A DNA stretch of 64,000 nt from Candidatus Moraniibacteriota bacterium (GCA_016699875.1 CP064989.1:456788-520787), one strand, 5' to 3'. Shown: positions 46,296-57,398, counted from the stretch's first letter. Numbers and translations are program-made. Notes: generated from the letters alone by a model not told the origin.

Positions 46296-47828
46296 CTACC
46301 GCGCATATTCTACCGCACGCATTTCACGAAACACGATAACGCGGATTTCCCCCGGATATTTCAGCTCCTCTTCAATGCGCTTGGAAATATCTTTTGCCAG
46401 TTTCATAGCACCAAGATCATTCGTCTTCTCAGGACTCACAAAGATGCGCACCTCTCGCCCGGCCGAAAGCGCATATGAACGCTCCACCTCGTCAAAAGTA
46501 TTGATAAGCGCTTCGAGTTCTTCCAGTCGTTTGATATATTTCTCCGCCGTCTCTTTGCGCGCACCGGGACGAGCTGCGGAAATCGCATCGGCCGCCGTTA
46601 CTATGTATGACTCGAGAGATGAGTGCGGAAATTCATCATGATGACAACGCATTGCTTCAGCCACTTCCTTTGCAACGCCGAATTTTTCCAAGATGCGAAT
46701 ACCGATCTTCACATGCGTTCCTTCAATCTCATGATCGACCGCTTTACCGATATCATGAAGAAGACCCGCTTTCTTTGCCACGGCTACATTGCCACCAAGC
46801 TCCGACGCCAATGCGCCAGAAATCGCAGATACCTCAAGCGAATGCGTCAGAACATTCTGCTTGTAGCTATAGCGAAAACGAAGCCGTCCGAGAATATAGA
46901 GGAGCTTCGGATGAAGCCCGGGAACACCGGCATCATATGCTGCCGTCTCCCCCGCCTCGCGAATATTTTCGTCCACTTGTTTCTTGGCTTCCTCTACCAC
47001 CTCTTCGATACGCGCCGGATGAATACGTCCGTCAGCAATAAGTTTCTCAAGAGCAATTTTCGCCGTTTCACGACGTACCGGATCAAAACCGGAGATCAGC
47101 ACGGTTTCAGGCGTATCATCAACAATAAGCTCCACACCCGTTAGCTTTTCCAACGTCCTGATATTCCGCCCTTCCTTCCCAATGATTTTCCCCTTCACAT
47201 CATCTGAAGGAAGCTGCACGGTTGTCGTGGTAAATTCCGATACATGCGAACGGGAATACCGCTGAATGACCTGCGCCATAACGGACATAGCCTTCCGCTC
47301 CATCTCCTCTTCGCCCTCTTTCTGAAGCTTCGCCATCCGCTTCACAATCACATCTTGATTCTCCTCCTCCATGAGCTGAAAGAGGATATTTTTCGCATCT
47401 TCTTTGCTGAGTCCCGCTATTTTTTGCAGACGAAGCATTTCCTCTTCGCGAGTTTTCTCCGCCTCCGCACGAATCGCCTGGACCTCCTCCGCCCGCTTCT
47501 CCACAGCCTTCTGAGAACGTTCCAGCTCGGAATTCCTCTTATCCAAGGCCTCTTCTCTCGACTCAATACGACGTTCCAACCGGAGTATCTGATCCTCCCG
47601 ATCTTTTTCTTTCTGCTTCGTTTCCTCAAGAATCTGCACCGACTTCTTCTTTGCCTCAAGCACAATATTTTCCGCCCGCTTTGCGGCATCAGACGTCATT
47701 TGTTCAGCCTTTCCTTCAGCGGTCGAGAGCTGTCGCTTAGCAATGCTCTGCCGCGCGAAATAACCCAAGACAGAGCCCGCGGAAAGCGTCAGCATGGTTA
47801 AAAGTACCAACGTAAGATCGGAGGACAT
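46296..47828 (-). CDS. rny: Ribonuclease Y
   Basis: N-terminal TM, long coiled-coil, KH domain (GKIIGKEGRNIRTLEKLTGVELIVDD), HD domain (HSLEVS...LLHDIGK). Confidence 0.9.
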   Translation of the reverse strand: MSSDLTLVLLTMLTLSAGSVLGYFARQSIAKRQLSTAEGKAEQMTSDAAKRAENIVLEAKKKSVQILEETKQKEKDREDQILRLERRIESREEALDKRNSELERSQKAVEKRAEEVQAIRAEAEKTREEEMLRLQKIAGLSKEDAKNILFQLMEEENQDVIVKRMAKLQKEGEEEMERKAMSVMAQVIQRYSRSHVSEFTTTTVQLPSDDVKGKIIGKEGRNIRTLEKLTGVELIVDDTPETVLISGFDPVRRETAKIALEKLIADGRIHPARIEEVVEEAKKQVDENIREAGETAAYDAGVPGLHPKLLYILGRLRFRYSYKQNVLTHSLEVSAISGALASELGGNVAVAKKAGLLHDIGKAVDHEIEGTHVKIGIRILEKFGVAKEVAEAMRCHHDEFPHSSLESYIVTAADAISAARPGARKETAEKYIKRLEELEALINTFDEVERSYALSAGREVRIFVSPEKTNDLGAMKLAKDISKRIEEELKYPGEIRVIVFREMRAVEYAR

Positions 47829-48168
47829 AGTATTACTGTCCGCCAGCAACAAGATAGAAAGACTAGAATACCGATGGAAAGCGCAAGACAGAAAAATGCT
47901 GTCTTATGCAAGACTTTCTCCTAAAAACACTGAAAAGGAAAACAAAGAAAATCAAAAAGTATCATAGACAGGAACCCTTGTTGAAAGCGGAGAACTAATT
48001 GAGTTAAATACAAGCTGCGCTTCATCATAAACCGGGGCATTCATTTTGTCAAAGAGACACCGGAATGATAGGATGAGAAAAGCTGTCATATTACATGAGC
48101 CATTTTCAAGCGCTTTGGCAATTTTTCGGAAAGCTCCGGCTGGAAACTTCCTCTTTTACGACGCGTCT

Positions 48169-49740
48169 ATGTACCGACCAATCGTACTCATCGTTCTCGA
48201 CGGATGGGGCTTGAGCAGTAGCACTCAAGGAAACCCGATTCGCGAAGCCACACTCCCCACCATCGACAAGCTCAATAAATATTACCCCATGACTGCACTC
48301 CAGGCGTCTGGCATCGCCGTTGGGCTCCCCTGGAATACTCCGGGAAACAGCGAGGTCGGACACATGACTATCGGCTCGGGACGCGTCATCTACCAAAACC
48401 TCCCTCGGATATCGCTCGCCGTACAAGACGGATCGTTCTTCAAGAATGAAGCCTTCGCCAATGCCATGCTTCGCGTCAAAGAAAACGGTGGCGCACTCCA
48501 CATCATGGGACTGGTCGGCGAAGGATCCGTCCATTCCAACAAAGATCATCTCTACATGCTCCTTCAAATGGCGGCACAGAACGAACTCAAGAAGGTATTC
48601 GTCCACGCTTTTACTGACGGACGCGACTCCCCGCCGACATCCGGCATACGTACGCTCAAAGAAGTCATGTCCCGAACTGAGATGCTGGGCGTCGGCACAC
48701 TGGCAAGTATTGGCGGCCGAAACTGGGGCATGGACCGCAACAACAACTGGAACCGCATAGAAAAAGCCTATCAAGTCTTTACCGAAGGCACTCCTGCTAC
48801 AGAAGATCTTCTTGCCTATATGGAGGCGTCGTATCAAAAAGGCGTCACCGACGAATACATCGAGCCCGTCGCACTCTCCCAAGGAGGCGCGCCTGTCGGA
48901 CTTATCCATGACGGAGACTCAATTATTTTCTTCAACTACCGAGAAGACCGTGCCCGAGAGATGACCAAAGCATTTTCAGTGCCCGACTTCGATGGATTTC
49001 CACGCCCAAAAAAACTCGAGGTCGACTTCGTCACCATGACCGAATACGAACGAAATCTCCCCGTTCACGTTGCATTCGCTCCGGAAAAAGTCACCAATAC
49101 GCTCGGAGAAGTGCTGAGTAAGCATGGAAAAGCACAGCTTCGCATTGCGGAAACTGAAAAGTACGCCCATGTCACCTATTTTTTTAATGGCGGCGTCGAA
49201 AAAGCCTGGCCGGGAGAAGAGCGAATGCTGGTGCCTTCTCCCTCAGTCGCTCATTTCGACGAAGTCCCCGAAATGAGTTCCGCCGAAACAACCAACAAGA
49301 CCATGGAAGCCGTACAGTCGGGAAAATACGACTTCATTCTTCTCAACTACGCGAGTCCGGACATGGTAGGACACACCGGAAATGAGCAGGCCTCGATCGA
49401 AGCGGTTGAATCGACTGATAAATGCCTCTCACTCCTCATTCCCGCCGTACTCCAAGCAGGCGGGGCACTCCTTATTACTGCCGACCACGGCAATGTCGAA
49501 GAAGTCCGAAATCTCAAAACCGGAGAGAAAGACACGGAACATTCCAAGAATCCGGTTCCGCTCTGGTTTGTCACTGCCAACAACCACCGAGAAAAAAGCG
49601 CCGAGGAGATGGTACGGGAAGAAACGCAAATCGAAGGACTCCTCTCCGATGTCGCCCCCACCATTCTCGAGCTCATGGACATCGAAAAACCCGAAGAAAT
49701 CCACAGCCAAAGCCTCCTCCACCTCTTCGAGAAGAAATGA
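48169..49740 (+). CDS. gpmI: 2,3-bisphosphoglycerate-independent phosphoglycerate mutase
   Basis: IVLIVLDGWG (metal-binding/phosphatase domain), ...SGRVIYQN..., C-terminal ITADHGN. ~520 aa after start refinement to MYRPIVLIV. Confidence 0.9.
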   Translation: MYRPIVLIVLDGWGLSSSTQGNPIREATLPTIDKLNKYYPMTALQASGIAVGLPWNTPGNSEVGHMTIGSGRVIYQNLPRISLAVQDGSFFKNEAFANAMLRVKENGGALHIMGLVGEGSVHSNKDHLYMLLQMAAQNELKKVFVHAFTDGRDSPPTSGIRTLKEVMSRTEMLGVGTLASIGGRNWGMDRNNNWNRIEKAYQVFTEGTPATEDLLAYMEASYQKGVTDEYIEPVALSQGGAPVGLIHDGDSIIFFNYREDRAREMTKAFSVPDFDGFPRPKKLEVDFVTMTEYERNLPVHVAFAPEKVTNTLGEVLSKHGKAQLRIAETEKYAHVTYFFNGGVEKAWPGEERMLVPSPSVAHFDEVPEMSSAETTNKTMEAVQSGKYDFILLNYASPDMVGHTGNEQASIEAVESTDKCLSLLIPAVLQAGGALLITADHGNVEEVRNLKTGEKDTEHSKNPVPLWFVTANNHREKSAEEMVREETQIEGLLSDVAPTILELMDIEKPEEIHSQSLLHLFEKK

Positions 49741-49757
49741 CGTCTAATATATAAAAA

Positions 49758-49793
49758 GCAGCAAGCCGCATCCTGCAGCTTGCTGTATTTTTT
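49758..49793 (+). terminator. Intrinsic terminator for gpmI
   Basis: GCAGCAAGC-cgcatcctg-CAGCTTGCTG followed by TATTTTTT. Confidence 0.6.
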
Positions 49794-49800
49794 GCTGTTC

Positions 49801-49843
49801 TTATTTAAAAAAGAAGAAGGGGCGTATTGCAACATGCCCCTTC
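49801..49843 (-). terminator. Intrinsic terminator for the minus-strand gene 49869..50189 (back-to-back with the gpmI terminator)
   Basis: GAAGGGGC-gtattgcaacat-GCCCCTTC with A-rich tract on the plus strand (U on minus). Confidence 0.5.
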
Positions 49844-49868
49844 GTACAAGCTCAGTATCCTTCCCTAT

Positions 49869-50189
49869 TCAAAACTCCCTGAGAAGACTCCAAAGCACTT
49901 CCTGCTCCCTCATCGTGAGAGGAATATGTCTCCGAGGCATGCCATAGTCGCTACCCGGACATTCTATGGAGCATGGGAGCAAGAAGTCTATTTCCACAGA
50001 TTGCCTTCTCTTCTTCTTTCCCTTCTCAAGCCAAAAATGCTTGATATGATTTGCTGCCAGCCGAAGATTAGAATAAGCAACAAATGGACGTCCGGAATCC
50101 AGCCCTCTCGATGCACGTTCTACTCGATAGCCAAAAGACCGCCAACCAGAAGAGCTACAATCCTCCGTCTTGAATACTCGAAGTTTCAT
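49869..50189 (-). CDS. Hypothetical small protein (106 aa)
   Basis: Start MKLRVFKTED with GGAGG RBS 7 nt upstream. Own terminator. Preferred over the overlapping plus-strand ORF 49827..50192. Confidence 0.4.
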   Translation of the reverse strand: MKLRVFKTEDCSSSGWRSFGYRVERASRGLDSGRPFVAYSNLRLAANHIKHFWLEKGKKKRRQSVEIDFLLPCSIECPGSDYGMPRRHIPLTMREQEVLWSLLREF

Positions 50190-50293
50190 TGAACACCCCT
50201 CCAAGGAGTTACAGAACAAACCGAAAAATTACAAAAGAACTCCTATGTCAGTACATCCTATCACTCCGGATAAGATCTCTTATCCTTAACTAC

Positions 50294-50887
50294 TCACAAC
50301 TTCTTGTCAAGCACCTTATCCACGATACCATAAGAAAGCGCTTCGCGGGCGCTCATGAAATGGTCGCGTTCGGTATCGAGCGCGATTTTCGATACCTTCT
50401 GTTTGGTATGTTTCGAGAGAATAGTATTCAACCGATCGCGCGTCGCCAGAATATGCCGCGCATGAATATCAATATCCGTCGCCTGCCCCTCAGCGCCACC
50501 AAGCACCTGGTGAATCATTACTTCGGCATTGGGAAGCGCCATACGCTTGCCGGAAGCACCCGATGCGAGGAGTATCGCTGCAGCACTCGCCGCCATGCCG
50601 ACGCAGATTGTCTGCACATCCGGCTTCACGTACTGCATAGTATCGTAGATTGCCAAAGCCGACGTCACCGATCCTCCTGGCGAGTTGATATACATCTTGA
50701 TGTCCTCTTTCGAATTTTCCGACTCAAGAAACAAGAGCTGTGCAATAAGAGCATTTGCCATCCCATCCTCGATTCGCGTCCCCACAAATACAATCCGGTC
50801 TTTCAAGAGGCGCGAATAGATATCATACGCCCGTTCGCCAGAGTGCGTCTTCTCTATCACAGTCGGAATAAAATATTCAGCGTTCAT
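50294..50887 (-). CDS. clpP: ATP-dependent Clp protease proteolytic subunit
   Basis: [19 protein letters not shown] (Ser site), MIHQVLGG (His), catalytic triad context. Start refined to [10 protein letters not shown]. Confidence 0.9.
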   Translation of the reverse strand: MNAEYFIPTVIEKTHSGERAYDIYSRLLKDRIVFVGTRIEDGMANALIAQLLFLESENSKEDIKMYINSPGGSVTSALAIYDTMQYVKPDVQTICVGMAASAAAILLASGASGKRMALPNAEVMIHQVLGGAEGQATDIDIHARHILATRDRLNTILSKHTKQKVSKIALDTERDHFMSAREALSYGIVDKVLDKKL

Positions 50888-51093
50888 AGAAGATGGTACC
50901 AAAAAATTGAAAGGTATTTGCTCTTTGCGGCAAAGAGAAAGAAATAAACGAAGGGGCGAGCACACTCAAAAGCACATGGAACGAAAACTTCTTTGCATGG
51001 TTATTTCTTTCCAAAACACAGAGGCTCATCCACCAAGCCCTGGAGCATTTCTTGAACGTACTACGAAGAGTACATGGCCATCACTTATCTCAA

Positions 51094-52386
51094 CTATTTC
51101 AACCCCTCCAAAAATTCCAGCACCTTTTCATTTCTCAATCGTCCTTTTGAGTAGGCATGCAGCCGCTCAAGATCGACATCTTTCTCAACCTGTTTCATAG
51201 AACGGTAATACTGAAGCACGCGGTTCATTTCTTCCTCAATCTCCACAGCAGACGGCTCCAACTCTCGATCAGCCGCGATCTTCTCAAGCGCAAGCGCCGA
51301 GAGCGCCCGGCGATTCGCCTGCGGTGTCCAATCCTTCTCCAACTCCTCGCGCGTCTTCTTCGACTTCGCTAAAAAATCATCCAGACTCGTATTCATGTGC
51401 GAGAGCTGCAATTCGAATTCGGCGAGCATTTTCCCACGCTCTTCCGCAAGCAGCACATCCGGAATTTCCGCCTTCGATGCTTCAACGAGTGCCTCGATAA
51501 TATTGCCGCGACGCTCCTCCCGCAACGCAGACTTCTTTTCTTCAAACATTCCTTCTCGAATATTCTTTTTGAGAGCTTCGAGGTTCTCGAATTTCCCGAG
51601 AGACGATGCAAATTCATCGTCAATCGCAGGAATTTCCCGCTCTTCAACCACCTTCATCGTCACCTCGAAACGCGCCGGCTTTCCCGCCAAATGCGCCGCA
51701 TGATACTCCGATGGGAATGTAAGGTCAAACACTTTCTCTTCGCCGGCTTTCATACCAACGATCGCTTCTTCAAACCCGGGAATAAACGTCCCCTTTCCGA
51801 GAATCATATGATGCCCGCGCGACACCCCATTCTCTATCGGCACGCCGTCTTGCAAAACGCGGAAATCAATCTCAACACCGTCACCCGATCGAGCTTCGCG
51901 ATTCACTGTCACGAATTTCGCTCGACTCTCAGCGACCGCCCGCAACTCCTTGTCGATATCCTTCTCATCCACAGACAGATCTTTCTTCTCCGCCTCGGCA
52001 TTTGCCTTTTTCACTCCTTTCTCCCAGCCCGAAAGTGAAAGCTCCGGCATCACCGCCGTCGTGATGACATATTCAAATGCGCCATTCTCCTCGCTCTTTT
52101 TAATCTCCGCTTTCGGCCGTCCGATCGCATCGATATGGTGCAACTGCAACACCTGCTCATATGACTCATGCAGCGCGTGTTCCGCCGCCTCCGCAAGGAT
52201 CGCTCCCTTTCCCACTCTTTGCTCGATCATGTTTCTCGGCGCCTTCCCCGCACGAAACCCGGGGATCTTCACACTCTTTGCCACCTCCGCAGACGCATGA
52301 TCAAACGCCGACTTCCACTCATCCCACCCGAGCGACACCGATATTTCCACCTCCGACTTCGGGAGTTTCTTGATATCAACCTGCAT
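51094..52386 (-). CDS. tig: Trigger factor
   Basis: N-terminal ribosome-binding domain (MQVDIKKLPKSEVEISVSLGWDEW...GFRAGKAPRNMIEQRVGK), central FKBP-type PPIase region, C-terminal helical domain. Confidence 0.9.
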   Translation of the reverse strand: MQVDIKKLPKSEVEISVSLGWDEWKSAFDHASAEVAKSVKIPGFRAGKAPRNMIEQRVGKGAILAEAAEHALHESYEQVLQLHHIDAIGRPKAEIKKSEENGAFEYVITTAVMPELSLSGWEKGVKKANAEAEKKDLSVDEKDIDKELRAVAESRAKFVTVNREARSGDGVEIDFRVLQDGVPIENGVSRGHHMILGKGTFIPGFEEAIVGMKAGEEKVFDLTFPSEYHAAHLAGKPARFEVTMKVVEEREIPAIDDEFASSLGKFENLEALKKNIREGMFEEKKSALREERRGNIIEALVEASKAEIPDVLLAEERGKMLAEFELQLSHMNTSLDDFLAKSKKTREELEKDWTPQANRRALSALALEKIAADRELEPSAVEIEEEMNRVLQYYRSMKQVEKDVDLERLHAYSKGRLRNEKVLEFLEGLK

Positions 52387-52523
52387 ATATTTGATTCATT
52401 ACAAAAAACTGCCAACGACACATCATCCCATATATTTTTAACTTTGCCAATACCTCAAAAAGAAATACCGATTCATCCCTGAATCGGTATTATATACTGC
52501 AACCTCCAGTCAGTATATCGAGT

Positions 52524-52763
52524 TTAATAATATACCATACGATACTCACCAGTAATTTCATCTCGCGTCCACTCCCATTCCCATCTCTCCAGGTATACAT
52601 CTTGAAAAAGCATGTTGGTCCAAATATACCAAAGGCAAGGATTCATCCCTTCATCAATCTGCTCCAAAAGAGCTTGATGTTCTCTGCGGCCAAAGCCAAG
52701 CTTGTTGCCATGCCCGTTGGGGGTTATAGCCATGAGAAGTCTCCAAAGAAGAAAGATAGACAA
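52524..52763 (-). CDS. Hypothetical small protein (weak call)
   Basis: ORF track only. Trp-rich. No motif. Confidence 0.2.
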   Translation of the reverse strand: MSIFLLWRLLMAITPNGHGNKLGFGRREHQALLEQIDEGMNPCLWYIWTNMLFQDVYLERWEWEWTRDEITGEYRMVYY

Positions 52764-52972
52764 TCAGATTTACACAGACGATACATAAAAACAACTGTGA
52801 GAATAATAGACCAAAAACACATTTCTGTCAATAGTCACAGAAAAACAGGCCTCATCAGCCTGTTTTTGAGCATACTTACCAACCGTAAACCACACAGCAA
52901 CCGCCTATAAAACAGCGTCGTGACTAATTCAATTTCCAGTTTCCAAATTCCTCGCTTCCGATTGTCTATCAC

Positions 52973-53515
52973 TTACTTTCCATTCTTCCCAAACTTCTCC
53001 TCATACATCTTGATGCCTTTCTTCACAGCGACCAGCGCTTCCTTCTTTCCTTCGAAGCCTTTGATAACCACCGTCTTTCCATCCTCGATAGACTTATAGG
53101 TTTCAAAAAAGTGCCGTATCTCCTTGAGCGTATGCGGATTCACATCCTTCAAGGTTTTCACCATATCCCAGCGCGGATCCTTTGCGGGCACCGCAAGGAT
53201 TTTGTCATCGCTCTCGCCGCAATCCACCATATGCATCACGCCGACAACCCGCGCATCCACCAAGATGCCCGGCGCCAAAGGATACGTTGAGAGCAATACC
53301 ACATCCAGCGCATCGCCGTCTTCCCAGAGCGTCTGTGGCACGAAGCCATAATCAAATGGGTAGTCCTGTGAAGTCTTCATGGCCCGGTCGAGCTTGATCA
53401 GACCCGTTTTCTTGTCGATTTCGTACTTATTCTTCGATCCCTTCGGGCACTCTACAATAACATTCACCGTTTCCGGCGCCTTCTCCCCATATGAGATATC
53501 TTGCCACAAGTTCAT
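52973..53515 (-). CDS. ppa: Inorganic pyrophosphatase (family I)
   Basis: ...YEIDKKTGLIKLDR..., DGDALDVVLL, metal-binding Asp cluster. Start refined to MNLWQDISYG. Confidence 0.9.
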   Translation of the reverse strand: MNLWQDISYGEKAPETVNVIVECPKGSKNKYEIDKKTGLIKLDRAMKTSQDYPFDYGFVPQTLWEDGDALDVVLLSTYPLAPGILVDARVVGVMHMVDCGESDDKILAVPAKDPRWDMVKTLKDVNPHTLKEIRHFFETYKSIEDGKTVVIKGFEGKKEALVAVKKGIKMYEEKFGKNGK

Positions 53516-53599
53516 AAGATTCGTTTTAATGATACATTTGCACGATACAAGAGCTTCTGCAAACACCAGAGAGATTCCTCCGCCCCAATCGAGACAGCA

Positions 53600-55015
53600 C
53601 TATTTCTTCTCCTCCTCATCTCCAATAATCGGCTCCGACACCTCCTCGACAGGCTCGGTAATTTCTTCAGACACTTCCGCTGGAGACTCCTTGATCGAGT
53701 CATCTTCCGATGCCACATCACTTTCGACTGCGCCTTCGGCTTCAACATCGCCATCACCACTTTTCTTCGTACCGCTTCCGGCGATATCAATGCGAAGTCC
53801 GGTAAGCTTCGACGCCAATCGCACGTTCTGTCCCTTGCGACCGATAGCAAGCGAGAGCTGATCTTCCGGCACGTGCACCACCGCCGTCTTTGTCTCTTCA
53901 TCAAGATCGACTTTCGTCACTTTTGCCGGACTGAGCGCCGCCTTGATAAACTTGCGCACGTCCTCGTTCCACTCGATAATGTCGATTTTTTCGCCGCCAA
54001 GCTCATCGATCACAGCCTGCACGCGCGTCCCCTTCTGTCCCACGCACGATCCGATCGGATCAACACCCTCTTCCGCGGTGAAAACCGCGATCTTGGTACG
54101 CGAACCCGCCTCGCGAGCAACGCCCTTAATCTGAACTGTCCCCGCAAATATTTCCGGCACCTCAAGCGTAAAGAGATGGCGCACCATTTCCGCATGTGCA
54201 CGAGAGAGCGTAATGCCCGGTCCCTTTGCATCCGCCTCGACACGGAGAATATACACTTTGATACGCTGCCCGATACGGTAGTTCTCGCCTTCCATTTGCT
54301 CCGACGGAAAGAGTGCCCCCACTGATTTCCCGAGATCGACAAACACAATCCGACCATCGATACGCTGGATTGTTCCATTCACAATCGTTCCTTCTTTGCT
54401 CTTGTACTCAGCAAACATACTCTCGCGCTCCGCCTCGCGTATGCGCTGTATGATCACCTGCTTCGCTGTCTGCGCCGCCACCCGGCCAAATTCCTGTTGC
54501 TCCTCGAGCGGAATATCGATCGTCTCGCCAAGCGCCGCATCCGGCTTTATCGCACGCGCTTCATCAAGCGTCATATCCCGCTCCGCATTGAATCGCGGCA
54601 AGCGGTTCTCGTCTTCATCACCGGGAATCGACTCGGTTATCTCAACGGCTGATGATTTCTTGCCCTTTTTCTCCGGAACTATTTCTACCTCCTCCGGTTC
54701 ATCCTCGACAAACTCCCGCATCGTCTCATCAACCACTTCCTTCTCAAGGAAATATTTCGCCGATTTCGTCACTTTGTCGAACTCCGCACGAATCACCTGC
54801 CCACGCTTGCCATAGTCTTTCTTATACGCCGCAGCCAAGGCCGCTTCCACTACCTCGATCACTTTTTCTTCGGAAATGCCCTTCTCCTCGGCAAGCTGCA
54901 AAACCGCACTCCCAAATTCCCCAAGCCGAATAGACCCCGACTGCCCGGGAATCTTTTCTTCAACATCTTCTTCCTGCTCGATATCAACATCCAGCATTTT
55001 CTTCTTCCGTGCCAT
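53600..55015 (-). CDS. nusA: Transcription termination/antitermination factor NusA with acidic C-terminal tail
   Basis: NusA N-domain, S1 domain (GTIVNGTIQRIDGRIVFVDLG), two KH domains (...IGSCVGQKGTRVQ..., ...LAIGRKGQNVRLASKLTG...). Start MARKKKM. Confidence 0.9.
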   Translation of the reverse strand: MARKKKMLDVDIEQEEDVEEKIPGQSGSIRLGEFGSAVLQLAEEKGISEEKVIEVVEAALAAAYKKDYGKRGQVIRAEFDKVTKSAKYFLEKEVVDETMREFVEDEPEEVEIVPEKKGKKSSAVEITESIPGDEDENRLPRFNAERDMTLDEARAIKPDAALGETIDIPLEEQQEFGRVAAQTAKQVIIQRIREAERESMFAEYKSKEGTIVNGTIQRIDGRIVFVDLGKSVGALFPSEQMEGENYRIGQRIKVYILRVEADAKGPGITLSRAHAEMVRHLFTLEVPEIFAGTVQIKGVAREAGSRTKIAVFTAEEGVDPIGSCVGQKGTRVQAVIDELGGEKIDIIEWNEDVRKFIKAALSPAKVTKVDLDEETKTAVVHVPEDQLSLAIGRKGQNVRLASKLTGLRIDIAGSGTKKSGDGDVEAEGAVESDVASEDDSIKESPAEVSEEITEPVEEVSEPIIGDEEEKK

Positions 55016-55399
55016 ATCGTTGTGAATACACAATTATTCTGACAAAAAGCTAACATTCAAAATCCTATTTCTACTATCTTTACTATCTTCTTCATCAAAA
55101 AAGGCTCGCTCACGCGAACCCGTCCCACTTCACCCAAAAACTTACCCTTAAAATATAGCACCAATTCGAAGCCATGTCAAATTGCACCGAGCGCTGCCAC
55201 ACTCCAAGCAGCCCCCAGAAACACCCATAAGAAAGCCTCCTATTCCTCCAAGAAAAGCCGCCAAATAACATTGACATTTTGCAATAGATATGCTACATTT
55301 GAAGGCCACAACATATTCAGCCTTTCTTCTAGAAAGAGGGTGCTGTGAAATGAATAAGTGGTGAAACTCTTTAACAACTCAAGAAAAAGGTGGTGTCAG

Positions 55400-56167
55400 A
55401 TGGCTGAAAGAACACTATTCGGCATCAATATCGCAGAGCTTCTCAGTCTTGGACTGGACACTCTCACATGGCGAGCTCTCGGCATGAGAGTTCACGGGTC
55501 ACCAAAGGGGAGCACCAATAGTTCTGGAGATGGATCAAGCGGAACCGAAACGCAGAAAAGAGACCGTGTCGCCTTCGGATTCCTTTCAACAAAGGATGAG
55601 GAAAGATATGGGGAACTATGGCAAGCATTGGGCATACAGGAACAAAGGGCTCTTATTAGACTCAAGGAGAGTCTTCTCGCAGGGTTAGCGCCAGACATTT
55701 CAAATGGACTGGTTGCAAAGGCAGTCAGAGATCACCTATGGGATGGTCTTCGCAAAAAGATCACCAATATGGAAGTCTCTACTGTAAGCACAGAGGAAAA
55801 CGTCTCTGACGATCCGCAGACAGGCAAGAAACGAGTCGGAAAGAAAACGACCCGGCAAGAAAGCAAAGGGCTATTATACCTCAAATGGCTCGCGGGAATC
55901 GTCATCATGTATGGAACCGCGGAGGCGAAAGAACATCTCCGAACCGGAAACATGATTCCCGATGAAGCACCCTTCTTGTGGATTGCCACACATCTCTCGC
56001 CATCCAGTCTCGCAGAATTGAATCAGCATCTCCGCGGGAACGCACAGACAAAGATGGCTCTCCAGGAGGAACGAGGAAAAACTACCGAGACACTGCGATG
56101 GATCGGTATTGGAGCCTTCATTGCGGTTATCATTCTGATTGTTTCTATCGCCACTGGCACTAAGTAA
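55400..56167 (+). CDS. Hypothetical protein with C-terminal TM anchor
   Basis: Start MAERTLFG with GGTGG RBS. Putative -35 TTGACA at ~55271. Single C-terminal helix WIGIGAFIAVIILIVSIA. Confidence 0.5.
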   Translation: MAERTLFGINIAELLSLGLDTLTWRALGMRVHGSPKGSTNSSGDGSSGTETQKRDRVAFGFLSTKDEERYGELWQALGIQEQRALIRLKESLLAGLAPDISNGLVAKAVRDHLWDGLRKKITNMEVSTVSTEENVSDDPQTGKKRVGKKTTRQESKGLLYLKWLAGIVIMYGTAEAKEHLRTGNMIPDEAPFLWIATHLSPSSLAELNQHLRGNAQTKMALQEERGKTTETLRWIGIGAFIAVIILIVSIATGTK

Positions 56168-56182
56168 AGAGGAGACCGTATC

Positions 56183-57331
56183 ATGTGGGATCAACTGGAA
56201 ATCGCATCGGAACGAGTGAAGCGGCTCGTATGGCTGTTTCTTGCATTCCTAATAACAGCTCATATCATAGCCATCTTCTTTGTCTACATGAAGATGCAGA
56301 CCCTCATACCGATACTTGCAATCATTTCGGCATTCATCACGATTGCACAAGCCGCCAGGCTCAAAATATGGCTCGCCAGCGCCGGAGCAGGTATTGCCTT
56401 CGGACTTCTTCCTATCGCTCAGACAGCAAGAAGTGTCGGCGACTTTTCTCTCTGGGCATGGAAATCCATTACGCACGTTGCCCTCGGAACAAGCCTGGCA
56501 CTCTTCCTCATAGCTGAGATTCCCTGGAACGGAGATGCATCGCTAGCACTTGAGTTCGATACCGCGCTGATGATACTTGCCCTCGTAGCTCTCACCTACA
56601 TAGAGCGAGAGGTCGTATGGTATCCCACATTGGTTCGAAGCCTCATTGGATTCGTCATTGCAATCATCCTGATAAGCGTATTTCTCGGCATAGCCTATCC
56701 GGAAGCAAGCAAGGTGGAAAGATGGTGGAAATTCCTCGAATTTGCGAAAGATCACTGGCTCGGAATCCTCATCACCATCGGAGCAATCATCTTTCTCTGG
56801 AAAATCAAAGGGGCGCACATCACAGCCATTCCAGGATGGATCTTCATCCTTGCACTCATCCTCGCTGTAGGAGCGGCACTAATCTACGCCTACCGTGACT
56901 GGGATTCCGTGAAGCATGGCGCGAGGGAAGTGCAGGGATTCCTCAACAAGGCAACATCGAGAAACGTTGAATTCTCTCGTGTCGAAACTGTGTCAGTGAA
57001 AGCGGCGGGTCGCGGATACTTCGTTCTCACTGTACATCCAGACCAGCTGACCTATTGGGGCACATGTGGAAATGGTCGAAAACTGCACGGAATAGCCGTG
57101 AAGAATGATGAAACCAGAGCTATGCACGGCGCCGATGTAAACCTTGATCGAGGAAACATCGTTATAGGATCAGGAAGTGGTCAAGCATCAAGACACCAAG
57201 ATCTGATCTACATCGAAGATGAGAGTGCACCACTCTCTGTATACCTGGATTTCCCAGGAGAGAACCCATCGAGGTGCAAAATAGACAGATTGCTCAAAGC
57301 TACGCTGTATTTTACGCCAAAGGACGTATAA
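56183..57331 (+). CDS. Hypothetical polytopic membrane protein (~8 TM) with C-terminal soluble domain
   Basis: ORF track. Multiple hydrophobic helices. No family recognised. 16-nt gap from the preceding gene (operon). Confidence 0.55.
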   Translation: MWDQLEIASERVKRLVWLFLAFLITAHIIAIFFVYMKMQTLIPILAIISAFITIAQAARLKIWLASAGAGIAFGLLPIAQTARSVGDFSLWAWKSITHVALGTSLALFLIAEIPWNGDASLALEFDTALMILALVALTYIEREVVWYPTLVRSLIGFVIAIILISVFLGIAYPEASKVERWWKFLEFAKDHWLGILITIGAIIFLWKIKGAHITAIPGWIFILALILAVGAALIYAYRDWDSVKHGAREVQGFLNKATSRNVEFSRVETVSVKAAGRGYFVLTVHPDQLTYWGTCGNGRKLHGIAVKNDETRAMHGADVNLDRGNIVIGSGSGQASRHQDLIYIEDESAPLSVYLDFPGENPSRCKIDRLLKATLYFTPKDV

Positions 57332-57354
57332 ACACGCAGCGAACGCAACAACAA

Positions 57355-57398
57355 ACGGACGGAAGCCTTAGCTCCCGTCCGATTTTTTATTTTTTTAT
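57355..57398 (+). terminator. Intrinsic terminator (GGACGG...CCGTCC plus long T-tract) separating the convergent 56183..57331 and pilin-like array genes
   Basis: Read directly. Confidence 0.55.

Noticed and set aside
49827-50192. 121 aa plus-strand ORF overlapping the 49869..50189 minus-strand call
   Set aside because: The minus-strand alternative has a GGAGG RBS correctly spaced before MKLRVF and its own downstream hairpin terminator. The plus-strand frame has neither.
53501-54325. 274 aa plus-strand ORF and several others (32600..33649, 34111..34923, 48106..48909, 50189..50947, 51397..52038, 10954..11481, 9548..10129, 18448..19251, 47244..47801)
   Set aside because: Each is antisense to a confidently identified gene (nusA, DUF4012, thrS, gpmI, clpP, tig, hydrogenase subunits, GH130, rny). 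These are typical long shadow ORFs of a moderately GC-rich genome.
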